DNA of 63,736 nucleotides, counting the filler, from Phoronis australis (taxonomy: Eukaryota > Animalia > Phoronida), in assembly GCA_002633005.1 (NCBI GenBank). It is 10 parts of 10 records of this genome, joined end to end, with 100 filler letters (N's around TTAATTAATTAA, not from the genome) between each part and the next. Parts side by side here need not be neighbours in the genome. Positions count along the whole stretch, not along the records: positions 43,798 to 47,916 come from NMRA01002069.1; positions 48,017 to 52,102 come from NMRA01002708.1; positions 52,203 to 57,846 come from NMRA01002296.1; positions 57,947 to 60,136 come from NMRA01001719.1; positions 60,237 to 61,833 come from NMRA01001819.1; 5 more parts are not named here. One strand, 5' to 3'. The notes under the pieces are model-generated. The model saw only the letters and a list, made by a program, of their open reading frames with translations, did not search any database and was not told the DNA's origin. Numbering within the stretch: position 1 is the stretch's first letter; every line of letters starts with the position of its first letter. Positions 47,197-60,700 of this stretch are shown here, one piece after another. A program made the translations under genes and the position numbers.

Positions 47197-48083
47197 CTGA
47201 ATGATGCAGTCAAGGAAAGTTTGGGTTTTTAAACATTGACATATTGAAGGTCTTATGAACAGTGTAGCACCTCAACCAGGAGAAGAGACTGATAGTGTTA
47301 TGTGAACAGCTAGATACTAATATCAACAGGATTATTGATTATAAAGTAATGCATAATTTACACCACTCACTGACTGGTCCCAAATTAATCCTGACTCAAA
47401 TAACTCAGAAATAGCCGATTCTATTCACATGAAACTTTCAAATAAGAAGTAATTTCAAGGCTTAGGAACAACTGATAGATCATTATTGGTTGAAACCAGC
47501 TTCAATAAAAAATTTTTGACACTGGCCACAAGCAAGCCCCTTTCTTCAGATTAAATAGGATACATTTCGTATTGGCTCTGCGTCAATATACTTCTGTCAT
47601 CCTCAAATGGAAACATGCTTTGGTATTTAGCAAGGAATCTGCAACAATCAATTTCACTTTAGTTCACAACAGACGACAAGCTCTTTTAAGGCTATGTAGG
47701 ACCCTAGAAAATGTTCAAATATGGCCAACTTCGGAACTAAATAACCATTTATTGCATTCCAGGCCTCTTTAATACCATAAACTCGCGGGTTAACAGCCAT
47801 GCCCGGGTAATCGCCTACTTTGTACAAATTTCCCCTAAGCACCCACCTCTTGAGTAATCGCCCACCTCCAACTTTTGGCCAATTGTTCATTTTAAGCGCC
47901 CACTGCTTGGGTAATCNNNNNNNNNNNNNNNNNNNNNNNNNNNNNNNNNNNNNNNNNNNNTTAATTAATTAANNNNNNNNNNNNNNNNNNNNNNNNNNNN
48001 NNNNNNNNNNNNNNNNGACGCCATTTTTGTACAAATCGGCACAATCCTTTGCTAAAACTGGAGAATCGATCTCAGTTATAATA

Positions 48084-48382
48084 CAGGGTGTCGTAAAATG
48101 TACTCACACTTCAAACAACATTAAGTGCGTTGTTTATTCATAGAATACAGTAGAAAAGACTGCCAACTCCTGAAAATTTATCTCACAAAAACGGCAAGGA
48201 ATCGCAAAGACAAATGAAATTTCGTCCCACGTTGATGAGAACGTTCTCATTGGTGTTAATTTATATTGTTATTTCCATTTTGACCTCACCTTTACGATTT
48301 CAAACCAGCAATCTTGTTCTTAAGTCAATAAACAACGCAATTACTGCCATTTTAAGCGCGAGTAGTTTTTTGGGACACCCTG
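48084..48382. mobile_element. Tc1/mariner-type MITE
   Basis: TA-CAGGGTGTC...GACACCCTG-TA termini with TA TSD. Confidence 0.8.
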
Positions 48383-48565
48383 TACAGATGAATAATCAAA
48401 AGTAGCATGAGTAGTGTAAGTCAATTCAAAGTTCCGCACGGTGAGTACCAGTTCGATACCTTTTCACAAATGACGGTTAAGATTCGAATTTCCTGCTAAC
48501 CTACATTTTTTGTTTTTCTGCTAATTTTGACCCAGGTTAAGCAACTCGCAACAAACTGACGTTAC

Positions 48566-48797
48566 CTCTTCGTTTGTTGACGCATGCTCTCATCACTTTC
48601 ATACACACCAGGTCTTCTTCCACTGTGTTAAATTTGCCTTTAGTGGTATTCATTATTCTTTGGAGTTCATCGAACAGTGCAGGCCTATCTCTGGTTTCTG
48701 CAAGTCTTAAACTAAAAACAAGTGAATTCATGCCTTGATGTACTTCAGTACCGGTATAGAGCGCATGGCAACACGAGTCCACGATTTCGTCGTCCAT
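48566..48797 (-). CDS. Possible first coding exon of an unidentified gene
   Basis: AAGATGG start context, 77 open codons and a gag|gtaacg donor. E-box (CACGTG) and GCGCACGCGC motifs lie just upstream. Confidence 0.35.
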
Positions 48798-51700
48798 CTT
48801 GAATATTCAAGTGAGTGGAGTAAAAAATCCACGTGCTTTTCGGGTTGTTTTAAATAACTTCCCGTAACAATTCCAGTACGGCGCACGCGCAGAGTCCATT
48901 ATTGTCACGCCGTGTCAATAATCTTTCTAGTTGTTTTTTGCGATTATGTCTTCGTTATTCGAGCCAGTAATAGACAGACGATTCAGCTGTTTAACTTACT
49001 GCAGGTTAAATGAAGTCTTGCGGTTTTTTGCTGTGTTCAATTGCGTGTGCTGAAAAACTGTTGTGAGCCATCCTTCCTGTTACTTTTGAACCGAATGCGG
49101 GTTTAGGAGAGCAAGGTCGCCGCCCCCTCAACGGCAAGGCGGGCCCCTAACCTGAATTATATTTGGGCGACTTGATGATTGTTACTTTTTGTGCCCCAAC
49201 AATGACAATGGTTTCACATGAACAAAATAAAATATTTTTAAAGAAATAGTTATCAGAAATATTTGGGTTCTATTGATTTTTCGTTTGCCTGGAAGTCTAC
49301 ACACCGGACCGATACGTAGAACTGTATCCTATATTAATAAATGACAAAGTGCAGATTCGGGTTAATGATGTTCATTCAATAACTTGTATCTTCCATCGCT
49401 TCGCAGCTGGGTCCCACGGTGCCTCAGAGAAAGACATCTCGGGTTTCCGGTAAATGTAAGTTGTGCGCGTATTTATTTGCGTTCGTATCATATCAATAAA
49501 AATGTCAATGATTGGGTCACTTACTTAATTCTTAATCGCTGTGTAGTCTTAATAATATTTGCCTCCATCGCACAGCCACTAAATAATTAAGAGCCATTCC
49601 ACGAGAAAATCAAAAGAAGTCAAAAAATCACTCGAGAAGTCATTACCAGATTCATCTTAAACTTTGTGTATGTGATAATGGTTTGACTCTGGTACAAAAA
49701 TCACCAATTTTGCACTTATTAGCCTCTTAGTTTTTCACCTGTAGGCCTTCAAATGTTTACGAAGAAAGTGAAACTTTTTTGCATACCGAAAACAGCAAAT
49801 TTTCGATATAGAAAAAAAGGTACATTGCATGCAATGAGAGAAAACACATAATGAGTGTAAGAACTGGGACATCAGGACTACCAAATAAAATTGATACCTA
49901 CTAATGATTTCGCTGCATTCGTCACGTGCCAGTGAAAGGGGAGATAAATCCGTAAGCACTTTTTGGAGTGTCGAAAATGAGTGTCTCACTTCTACGAGCC
50001 AGATTGCGGGGCTGTGGACATTGAAATATATGTTTTTGGATAGATCTTAGATGTGTTAATAAATTTCAAAAATCTCTCGAATAGGTTTTTCGTTTTTTGC
50101 ACTAAAAATCCCCCAATGTTGCGTATCCTACGGTTTTTAAGCGAATGTTTTTGTAACTTCGTTACATTTAAAATGGTTTCAAGAAGAAAAAGTTAATGTG
50201 AATCAGCATGATAGGGACCATAATGCTGTCTGACATGTCCATATTACCATTTCACCCACTGAACGTTCATAACTAACTGTAGGTCAGAGATAACGCGGGC
50301 ACAAGTGATGACATATTTGCCTGGTGCCAATACCCGAAACGGTTGATGTCCTTAGCGACAACTTGTAAGCTGACGTGAATAGTTCATGTGATTTTTAATG
50401 AAATATTCCGATTTGTGAACTATTTCAAGGCAATTAAGCTTTTATTTATATACAGTTTTTTTTAAATTAAGGATTCGAGACTGCAAGAAGCCGGAGACCT
50501 GAAAATTACTTTCTCACTTTGAAGGCAAAAGCCTATATCACGAGAAAGGCATCGGTGTCTGAAATACGAAAATGAAAAAATCATCAAAATCTTATGGTGC
50601 ATTCAAAGTTTATCGCTATTTATGTGTTAAAATTTGACTCACTATTTTGGTTGGGTCGGCCATCTTGCGAATCAGCAGCAAAGCCTACGGTTTTAAAGTG
50701 CTTTTAACGTTATTTTCACAATTATTCTAGCAGTAAAATTTAGTGACACATATTCTTACCTACCAGTCTGTATAACACAGAATATAATCACGCAGGTGCA
50801 ACTTAATGAGTGGTTAAAGTGCTCACCATTGAGATTTTACTACAACACAATTGTAGACACACTGCTACAAAATGGCAGTTTTGTATAATTATCCGGTGCT
50901 TGTGCAATGGCTATTATGAATCTTCTATTTATTTTAATGTGAAGTGCCCATTCATTGACCTTGCGCTCTGTTAAATTTTGTTGAAATTGTTTTGAAACCG
51001 TTTTTTGTTTTACAGTCGACTCTTGTTCAAGGTATGATTATGTGTCAGAGCAGGACACATATTCTTCTAAATTTTATGCATAAATTGTGCTTTTGATTCA
51101 TGTGTTGTAACTACTAGTTACGTTTTACTTCAAAGCAACAAAATGTGAAAAATCTTACTTGATTTACAGAAATGGGTTACATTTGGATTATAAAGTGTGA
51201 ATCTAACTAGAATCCTTCTACCTCATAGCTTCGTATTACTTATTATCATGCTTGTCAAATTCTAGTTTAAGGAGGAACGCTTTTATGGTACTCAGTCGCC
51301 ATGGTAACCATTTTGCATATCTACTTTCATACTTAACATGAGCTTGGTTCAGCCTGTATTGGTGAAAATTTCCAAAGTATATTCTAAGTTATTTATTGTG
51401 GCAAAAGGCTCTTAGGATATTTTAGTTTGTGTATTAATTTGTACTGAGATCATTTTACTTGGTGTAAACCTTAGCTACAATGAAATTTTGAAACCCTCGC
51501 GTAGAGATATTATTTTTATCTGTAATAGGAGTGTGACAGCAAGTGACAAAATCAAATTTGGGTGGAATCGGTTAAACGTTTAGCATCCAGTTAAAATGAC
51601 AAAACTCAGTATAAAGTGATTCATTTTTTATGTAATGATTATCGGGTAATCAGAAGGTGGACGTTACAAGGGACCAAGCATCAGTTAGCACCTGATGGGA

Positions 51701-51881
51701 GGGGGGGGCACAGGCTAGGCATATGAACGGTTTCCAAAGCGCTAAAACTGTCTTTGGTGTACCACCACAGGATAGACTCATTCAGAAACATGTATGAAAG
51801 TGATATTAGTTTTTGGCCAAATTAGAAGTAAGAAGTGGAAAACAAAAGCAACGTTAGAGTGCAGCATGTAAACGACGTTTT

Positions 51882-52102
51882 GACAGTAATCAAAGTCATC
51901 CTCAAGTACAGTAGTAGACAGTAATCAAAGTCATCCTCAAGTACAATAGTAGACGGTAATCAAAGTCATCCTCAAGTACAATAGTAGACAGTAATCAAAG
52001 TCATCCTCAAGTACAATAGTAGACGGTAATCAAAAGTCATCCTCAAGTACAATAGAAGACAGTAATCAAAGTCATCCTCAAGTACAATAGTAGACAGTAA
52101 TC
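51882..52102. repeat. 35-bp minisatellite running into a gap
   Basis: Unit GACAGTAATCAAAGTCATCCTCAAGTACAATAGTA. Confidence 0.95.
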
Positions 52103-52711
52103 NNNNNNNNNNNNNNNNNNNNNNNNNNNNNNNNNNNNNNNNNNNNTTAATTAATTAANNNNNNNNNNNNNNNNNNNNNNNNNNNNNNNNNNNNNNNNNN
52201 NNACCGAGTTGTGAAAAGAAACAAATCTTCACACAAATTCATTAATTTTATCGGTAATTTGACATTTTGCTGTTTTGGCATCGGGTTCACGCCGCGCTTT
52301 AACCACTGAATCAGTTTCTGCTGTACCGGCAATTATATACAACTGTATTAGGCTCCTCGGTGCGTGGTGAGTTCACCATGAACTGTTGACCTACTGAACA
52401 GCCTTGACCTAGTTGCCTCGAGGCACATTCACAAAATTAAAACGCTTTATTGATAGTTAAGTTAATTACGCACTGCAAATTCAGTTGAAATTGCAAGTGA
52501 ATGTTGAAACAGCGAACATGGTTGAGGCATGTACCTGGATACATGAAATGCATCGTGCACACAGACTCCGTCTCCCCGCTCCACTACAGATATTCCTTGC
52601 CACCGTTTCAGCTCTATCTTGGTCCCAGGTAGTGCACCGGCCCTGTATTTAGATTCGAGGTGTTCTATTTTTTCTCGGACGCAGAAGGAGGGAGGACAAT
52701 TTCATCCACTG

Positions 52712-53159
52712 CCAACACCGTAACTCTATGCAAGAGTCTATTAAAATGCAAGCCGTTACTTGCTTGTAACTCACTGTGACATATTGCTACAATACGTTAT
52801 ACACCGTAACACTCTTCAACAAGCCCACAATGAGACGATCTTTTCATTGAGCAACGAGAACAAGTAGGAAGTCACGAGACCTGGGAGTTCTGGGATAGCG
52901 TACTTTCATTTGAGGCTGCCATTTTGTAAATTCGGCGCAAAATACAGATTGACGTCAGTCTCGAAGACGGATATAAGCGAAAAAAATTAGCAACAAGAGT
53001 ATAAACATCGACTTGTTCCTGGGGCGAGAAGTAACACGCATATAGGAATCGTTGAAGAGTATTACGGTGTATAATGTATTGTAGTAATATGTTACAGTGA
53101 GTTACAAGCAAGTAACGGGTTGCATTTTAATACACTCCTGGACAGAGTTACGGTGTTGG
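52712..53159. mobile_element. MITE-like element with ~105-bp inverted repeats
   Basis: 52712-52819 is the near reverse complement of 53051-53159. Confidence 0.75.
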
Positions 53160-56100
53160 GAACGGGTGTCAGTTTCGAACTGGCTTTGGTGCCGTAAGTC
53201 CGTCGGCTTAATTTCACTCCCTCCCGCTTTCGCCTCATATATACTTCTTCGAGCCTGTCGCCGTCAATATTGATGATGTCATTAAAATTGAACTTTTCCA
53301 TAATTAAATGTAATTATTTACCGATGTTGGAAAATTGGCGTTCTACCGGTTTTTTGCTAATAAAATTGACATGGGTTCTTTTGGCCGGCTTTCGGCGCCA
53401 TTGTGTCAACTATTGGCCAATTTCCACGACTCTTTAATCACCTGTTTTTCTCTTCGACGAGGTTGCGTACATGTCATAACAGTCGCGACTGGTTTCATTT
53501 CGTTACAGTTTTTTAGTGTTTAATACCAGAAAACCAAAGTTCCGTAGAGATATCGCAAAATTTCAGTAGGAAATGGCGCATGCACGTGTCACGAACGCAT
53601 GGTTTTCAAAACGACGACAGACCTTCGTTGTTACAAAAGACGAAGAATTACGCCAGAATGATCCATATTAATTTTTTTTCACTTACACGGCTGCAAGAGG
53701 CAAGGTGAGTATCGGTTGATCCCCAAAGATTCTGCAAGCACCCCTGCTGGTCGTTAGCTCTACATATTGATATGAGTTTCACGACGAGGTGACCAGCTGA
53801 GCTACCCTAGTAGTGTGAAGTTTCGGTGTTTTACGGAGCTCAAAACACATCTACATAGTTGTAAGTTGATGATAATCTTCATACAGCTACCTAGATTTCT
53901 ATCTTAACATGCACGTTCATGATGTGACTTTTTAAATACATTGTATACTTTGTGTTCCATGGCAGAATTTTTAATGCTTCCTTAGTTTTCATTTTAAATA
54001 ATGGCTGATTTCCATACATTATGTTACAGCAGGGTCAAATGTTCTTGAAAGAAAACATATTTCCACTGCCTATGGAAAGAATCCCGCAGCCGCACACCCT
54101 GCCTATATCTGACAGAGTTTCTGATTGATGCCTTAAAATACAACAGTCCCTTCAAGAAATATCCCATTCTCTTAATTGCGATGAACACTAATGTTCACTT
54201 GAAGGTGTTGTTCTTTCCCTTCGGCATTTCCCATATACTAGTTGCTACCCGTGCTTAAGCACAGGTAACGGCTAGTACATGTAGGTTATATTGACCAAAA
54301 ACAAGTTTTCACCGATGTAATACCTATTTTGAATACAGTGAGCGGGAGATGCAATAGAGACGATTGCCAAGATGTGAGTGCCTATCCACATAGCCTTGGA
54401 GTTTGACGGGATAGCCTAATTATTTTATTTTATTCCAAAATATGGTTAACCCGACAAATACGTTGCAAAAGCTGATATTACTTAGTGTAACTATGTACCT
54501 GATAACGTCACTAAGTTGCTAAGTGATATCTTTCAAGGCGCCGAAAGCTAACGCATCTGATCTCCACACAACTTTACCAGCAGAATAACGGCGCAACGCC
54601 ATCTTTTCAAACACTGGTAAATAATTTAGTTTACTCCAGGAGTAGTTTTTACCGACAATGATTTTGTGTCAGATTTTATGTGGCCAGCTTTTTCACCCAC
54701 ATCGGCGCAAAGCTGATTTACTTAACGGATGTAGTCATGAAATAAAACCATTACTGACTTTCACATATGTCAGTGTGTAGGTTTTCAGATCCCAAAGCTT
54801 TGCCTCGGCCATTATCACATTTTAGGGTATAAAAGCCCAAATTTTGAAAGCCAGTAATTGTTTAATTCTTCCGTGCCGACAAAATGGTGAAAAAGTCAAA
54901 AGGCCGGGGTAAAGCTCAGTAACGCTAGGACCTACGCAATGACCTTCCTAAACTCTAGCCAAGATCAGGTGTTCTCATTTGAAATACAAAGCAATACACT
55001 GTATCTCATGCAATCTCGCAAAGTCTCGTTTTTAGCGAGGTCCTTGCGTTACTGAACTGTACCCAGACGATGAATAATACAATTTTAATAGCTCATCACT
55101 AAATTGATTTCAAGCTATATTTCTAACTGCACAATCATACTGGTGTACGTTACGGCGTCAAGCAAGGGTGTTCTCCACGACCCGCTTTGTTGAGAACTAC
55201 GTAGACCAATCCAGACAGGAAACTTCAATCCGAAGAAACATGCCTGAGGGGACAAGAAATAGAGAATGTTAACAAAACAATTTCGACAAAACATGTTGGA
55301 CCGTTCCGTCTCTTTCTATTACGCGGCCGCTACCGCCGTCTCCGTTATACTACTTCTTTTAACACTACTACTACCACAAGGGCTATTACTGTCTCCATTA
55401 TGTGGATACTACGACAGCGGCAANCCTAATCCAAACGACATAGACACGTGCAGCACGTTCGATCTGGGTTGTCTCACGACTAGACTAACCAAGATCACTG
55501 GACCATATTTGAAATACACGGCAACATGTCACATAATCTGTCGAAGTCTTGCCATTTAGCAAGGCCCTAGCATTACTGAACTCTACTCTGTTCAAGAATT
55601 TCACCAAAGGTTGAACTGCCGCTGTTCACAGGTGATAAGCATAAACGGACCAATTCACTTAGCCACTTTTACCTTATGTCTAATCCATTCATTTTCAGTG
55701 TCATTTAGCGGTGTAGCCAAGTGACCTCCAAATGTTTGGCAATGCTTCTGTGCTGTGGCGTAATCGACACCTTCGCTGTCTTCAAACGCGTACTGGAATT
55801 CATTGTAATCCAGGATACAGGCTGAAAATATTCAAGTTTGGTTTAAGTTGGCCTCGATTTCTCACAGGCGATTTTTCAGATTCGGCTTATTGGAGTGTGT
55901 ATACAGATCGACTCATTGAGCTAAACAGACGAATACGACTTCTCCGTTGCTTAAATAAAACATGTCAGGTTTTATTTTGGTTTTCGAGAATCTAAGGAGA
56001 CTGATGGCCTACTGCTGGCCGTTATTTGAGACAGGACACCGAGTAATGAAGTGGTGTGAATGGATTACACTACTGATAAACAGTACCCGCACACGGGAGA

Positions 56101-56634
56101 CCCGTGAATTCTCTAATTCAGCAAACGGCACACCGCTCCCGGAATAGTATCACTTCCTCACGATGAGTTATGCACAGTTGGTCTTTTCGAGCTAAACCGT
56201 CTCATACGACTTGCCCATTGATTAAACGGAATACGTTACATTCTATTCGTATTTTCTGGACATTATGGAGGCAGCTGGCCAATCACTGCCCGTTTTTTAA
56301 AACAGGAACCCAATGAAATGGCCCATCGGGAAAAGTCTCCGTTTCGTTTGCTCAAGGGCGTGGGTTTGAGTCTCACTTGCTTGCGCATATTTCTAGACCA
56401 TAGAGTCAGCTCTACAGCTCCTTTAACTATACATTAATAAAGCATAAAAATGGTGCCAGGTGGTCAGTGCAATGGACCCACTTGCGGGGCGTGCGCAACG
56501 TGTGCCAGACCGCCTATTTCTTAATGAAATGGTGTTAATGGATTACACCACCAATCGAAAGTACCTGCAATGGAGCGACCCGAGAATTCTGTCAATCAGC
56601 AACGCCACAGCAGTCTCGAAATAGCATCAATTCA

Positions 56635-57035
56635 ACACAAAATCGTATACGATTTATCAAAATATCTATATAGCGGTCCAAAATTCATGGTAGTCCAAAA
56701 GTCATAAACTATTCCTAAATATCTGTAAATAGTGGTAAATGTCGTAATACGATTAATCAAAATATGTAGATAGTGATCCAAAAGTCTACGATTTATCAAG
56801 ATCTGTAAATAGTGGTCCAAATGTCGTATACAATTTATAAAAACATAGTGACCCAAAATAGTAAACGATAATTTAAAATATATAGATAATTGTCCAAAAG
56901 CCGTACGCGAATTATCAGAATATGTAGACTGCGTTTCAAACGTTGTATATTATTTGTCAAAACATGTATTAGTACAGTAGTATGCGATTAATCAAAACGT
57001 GTGATAATGGTCTACAAATTGTATACGAAGTCGTA
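56635..57035. repeat. Degenerate ~40-bp tandem repeat
   Basis: Recurrent TACGATTTATCAAAATATGTAGATAGTGGTCCAAAA-like units. Confidence 0.7.
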
Positions 57036-58979
57036 TAGAAAGTTGTATGCGCAAAGTCTGAACGTTTAGACAGGGATTTTAGAGTCTATGAAAATGTTGC
57101 GTAGTATTTTAGTTAATCAAAGTACGCAACCGTTTTTGAGGTACTTGTTTCATTGAGATTATTTTAATCTTCGACCAACGGCAAAATTTTTTTGCATTTG
57201 TATATTTAGGCATGTGCAGCGAAATAGAAATGTCAAAGGTATCTGATTTACCTTCGTTACCATGGCATTACAGATTTTTTCCCAACATTTTGAATGTTGG
57301 ATTTCATGAATTAAAATGTCATCCTTGGTGACAAAGGTAGTCAGTTACCAGTCCTGGATTAAGCAATTGCGGCACCCGTAGCATACATGTAAGTCGAAGC
57401 GCATGGTCCCTACTGAAATACTCATACACCGATTATCTCAACGCAAAAGCAAAATGGGTGTAGTTTTCATTTTTGAGAAGGAAAACATTTGATGAGACAT
57501 TATGTCCACTGGTGAACGCTATCTGTTGGTAAAATTGGACGATTTCAGGATAGTTCACACGCCGCTAATTGCAGGCTCCACGCTTGTACCTAGAATGCTA
57601 ATTTTGTCAAATATACAAGTTTTATTTTTGCTGCTTTTTACTAAAACCCAAATTGCAAATTCAAGAAAAAATCAAACATTGACTGGTGCCTTGGTGAGTC
57701 TCTACATGTTTGGGGTCTGTGGTTTGTTTATGTGCAAGCTGTAAAGCTTGAATGCTTTAAACAGCACTGTGACACCTACAATTCTTTGAACATCACTTAC
57801 TCAATGGGACACCGTAACTTTGACTCTACACGTACATGAAAATGGCNNNNNNNNNNNNNNNNNNNNNNNNNNNNNNNNNNNNNNNNNNNNTTAATTAATT
57901 AANNNNNNNNNNNNNNNNNNNNNNNNNNNNNNNNNNNNNNNNNNNNGGCTGTCTGAAATTTCGGGGTTAACGGAGCTCAACACACAGTGGTACGATAGTC
58001 TTCATACAGGTACAGTCGGTAACTTACCAACCCTTCAAGTTTACAGAGCTGCCGGAGTATTGGCTGACAACTGGCTAACTGGATGGGTAGAGTCCACATT
58101 GCCCTCGGCACAGTCACTGACACCAGTTACACCGGCAAATTTTCGTCTGACGATGACGATGACTAGGTATCACTTTGTGTTGCCTTGGCTCGAACAGGTA
58201 TCCCTTGTGACCCGAAATTTCACACTAAAATTTCTTATTCCGACAATATAAAAAAACGCTACTTGATTGCACGCTAACACAGGACAGTGACTTTGCCCCC
58301 GCCAAATACGTCACGAGACTAAGCAGCGCTCCAAGCCAGGTATTTTTTTGAGCTTCGTTAGAGAACATAAGTTTAATTTTTGGTGTTGAATTATTTGTGA
58401 AATTAATCAACAATTCATAGAAAACTTTCCAGAATTTATTCAGAATAAAATACAGTTCCCTTTGAAGTTTGTATGCGTGTGTGTGAGAGTAAGCGTGCGT
58501 GTGCTTGTCAGAGTTCATTTGCCAGAGTAATGTAATGATCTAGGTGTGCATTGTATCCAAAAATAAAATAAGTCAAGCAGTCAAGCAGAGCGTGTTTTAA
58601 TATTTACGGCTTAGCACTTGCTGGCCTCATCTGCTAAAAACGTTCGAGAATTTTTTCGGTAAGACCGACATGTCACTCATTGAGTCGCCGGGTGAGTGGA
58701 TGCGTGACCGTAGTGTAACAGCTATTTCCCGTAAGATTTGGGGTGTAAGGGTGCGAAGTGGGTCATTTTGACCTTAAAAACACCAATTATGATTGGTTAA
58801 ATAATTTCTCTTAAAAGTAATGCAGAAGCTTTTTACGGTATTGGAAACTTTCGGAAATTAGTGCCAATATTTGTTTGCCGATGCTATGTTACCCGATTAA
58901 TCTTCGATGACAGTCGGTACATTATGCAACGCGCGATTCTTGGTCGCGTGCTAACACTGGTCGAGTTTTTTTTTATTAG

Positions 58980-59380
58980 TCTTCGACTCAGGGTTTTCAC
59001 ATGCACAAAGAAGTTTGAGGCCGGAGATGATCTGTACTGGAAAGAAACAATGCAATCCCGCTCTTTGACAAGTACGCTGTGTCTGATTTCAAAGTCCAGA
59101 CCCGCGTAGTGGGGCACATCCCTCGCAAGAGCAGCAAAACTTCTGCGTTCTTTTTGAATCGCGGCGTAAGTTTGAAGTGTATACGGACATAACGGTGAGG
59201 CTCGTGGTCCGTTACAAATTCAGGCTGTCGGATCTTTCAATTGATAAATTGGAGACCGAACTGTAGGTAAGGGCATTTTTCGCATGTAGTTCATGGGCTG
59301 GGCGCTTACTTTAGCAAAGTCTGAAAACGCGTTGGGGCACTTGTTGAGCTATGGGCGCTAATTAGGGCGAATAGCGGCAG
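58980..59380 (+). pseudogene. HIRAN-like coding relic within a TA-type DNA transposon end
   Basis: Frameshifted G-D-D-L-Y...VVGHIPRKSSKTSAFFLNRG motif, followed by repeated GGGCGCT(T/A)A subterminal motifs and GGCGAATAGCGG. Confidence 0.45.
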
Positions 59381-60236
59381 AATTACATACAGCAGCGTAG
59401 TTTAATGCACACAAATTACACGTCGTGCAAACCAGTCGGCCATCCCGTTTACCATCAACAATCCCAGTAGCCTTTGCGCACCCTAATTTCCGGACATGCG
59501 CAATCGTTAAATCGATTCGGTTGCAACTCCGCTATTGTACACTGGCCTACATTATTCGTATTTGAGTCTGGAAGGTGAAATTGTTACCCCAAAAACACTG
59601 GTAAAGACATCTAACCATAATAGAAGATGATGAAATGTCATTTAAACCACACTGACCAGTCCGTGCTCAAAAACAATTCAAATCAACTTACTGAAAATTG
59701 TACAGTGTATCGCATCTTTAATGCAAGTTTTAAATCGTCTGATACATGTAAGTACATACGATTGAAACGTTTTGACTACGGTGATATACTGCACCAAGTA
59801 CATATAGATTGTGCGGGAACTTTTGCCTGAGCTGGACAGACTATATTATCAAGCTTGCAATAATTATTACTGGTGTCATGGAAGGGTCGAATATAGTTAA
59901 AATCTTAAGTCGTTCAAAATGCAACTGTAATGAAAGTTGCATTTAGGTAATAACACCTCAAGTTCTCAACAAAGTAAATGACATAAGCAAAACAAAATTC
60001 GAATACCACTCGATCTGGGTAGAGTTCAATAACGCTAGGAACTCGCCAGGCCATTCGCGAGATTACGGCGTGTATTTTAAAAGAGAACACGTGAGTTTGG
60101 ATAGTTTTTCGAAGCCCGAGACAGCTACCGATCTCTNNNNNNNNNNNNNNNNNNNNNNNNNNNNNNNNNNNNNNNNNNNNTTAATTAATTAANNNNNNNN
60201 NNNNNNNNNNNNNNNNNNNNNNNNNNNNNNNNNNNN

Positions 60237-60700
60237 ACCACAGCTTGATACCATACTTGAGCAATACAAGTACTCACCACAGCTTGATACCATACTTGAG
60301 CAAATACAAGTACTTACCACAGATTCATACCATACTTGAGCAGTAAAAGTACTTACCAAAGCTTGATGCCATATTTGAGCAATACAAGTACTTACCACAG
60401 CTTGATACCATACTTGAGCAAATACAAGTACGTATCACAGCTTGATACCATACTTGAGCAATACAAGTACTTACCACAGCTTGATTCCATACTTGAGCAA
60501 ATACAAGTACTTACCACAGCTTGATACCATACTTGAGCAAATACAAGTACTTACCACAGCTTGATACCATACTTGAGCAATACAAGTACTTACCACAGCT
60601 TGATTCTATACTTGAGCAAACTCAAGTATTAACCACAGCTTGATACCGTACTTGAGCAAATACAAGTACTTACCACAGCTTGATACCAGATATGAGCAAA
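60237..60700. repeat. 39-40-bp minisatellite, ~11 copies
   Basis: Unit ACCACAGCTTGATACCATACTTGAGCAAATACAAGTACTT. Confidence 0.95.

Noticed and set aside
53658-53704. First coding exon ending in gtgagt
   Set aside because: It lies in a dispersed repeat also present at 14400-14560, where the frame is not obviously preserved.
57947-58251. Coding exon (ORF 58060-58251)
   Set aside because: It is the reverse-complement copy of the repeat at 14000-14270.
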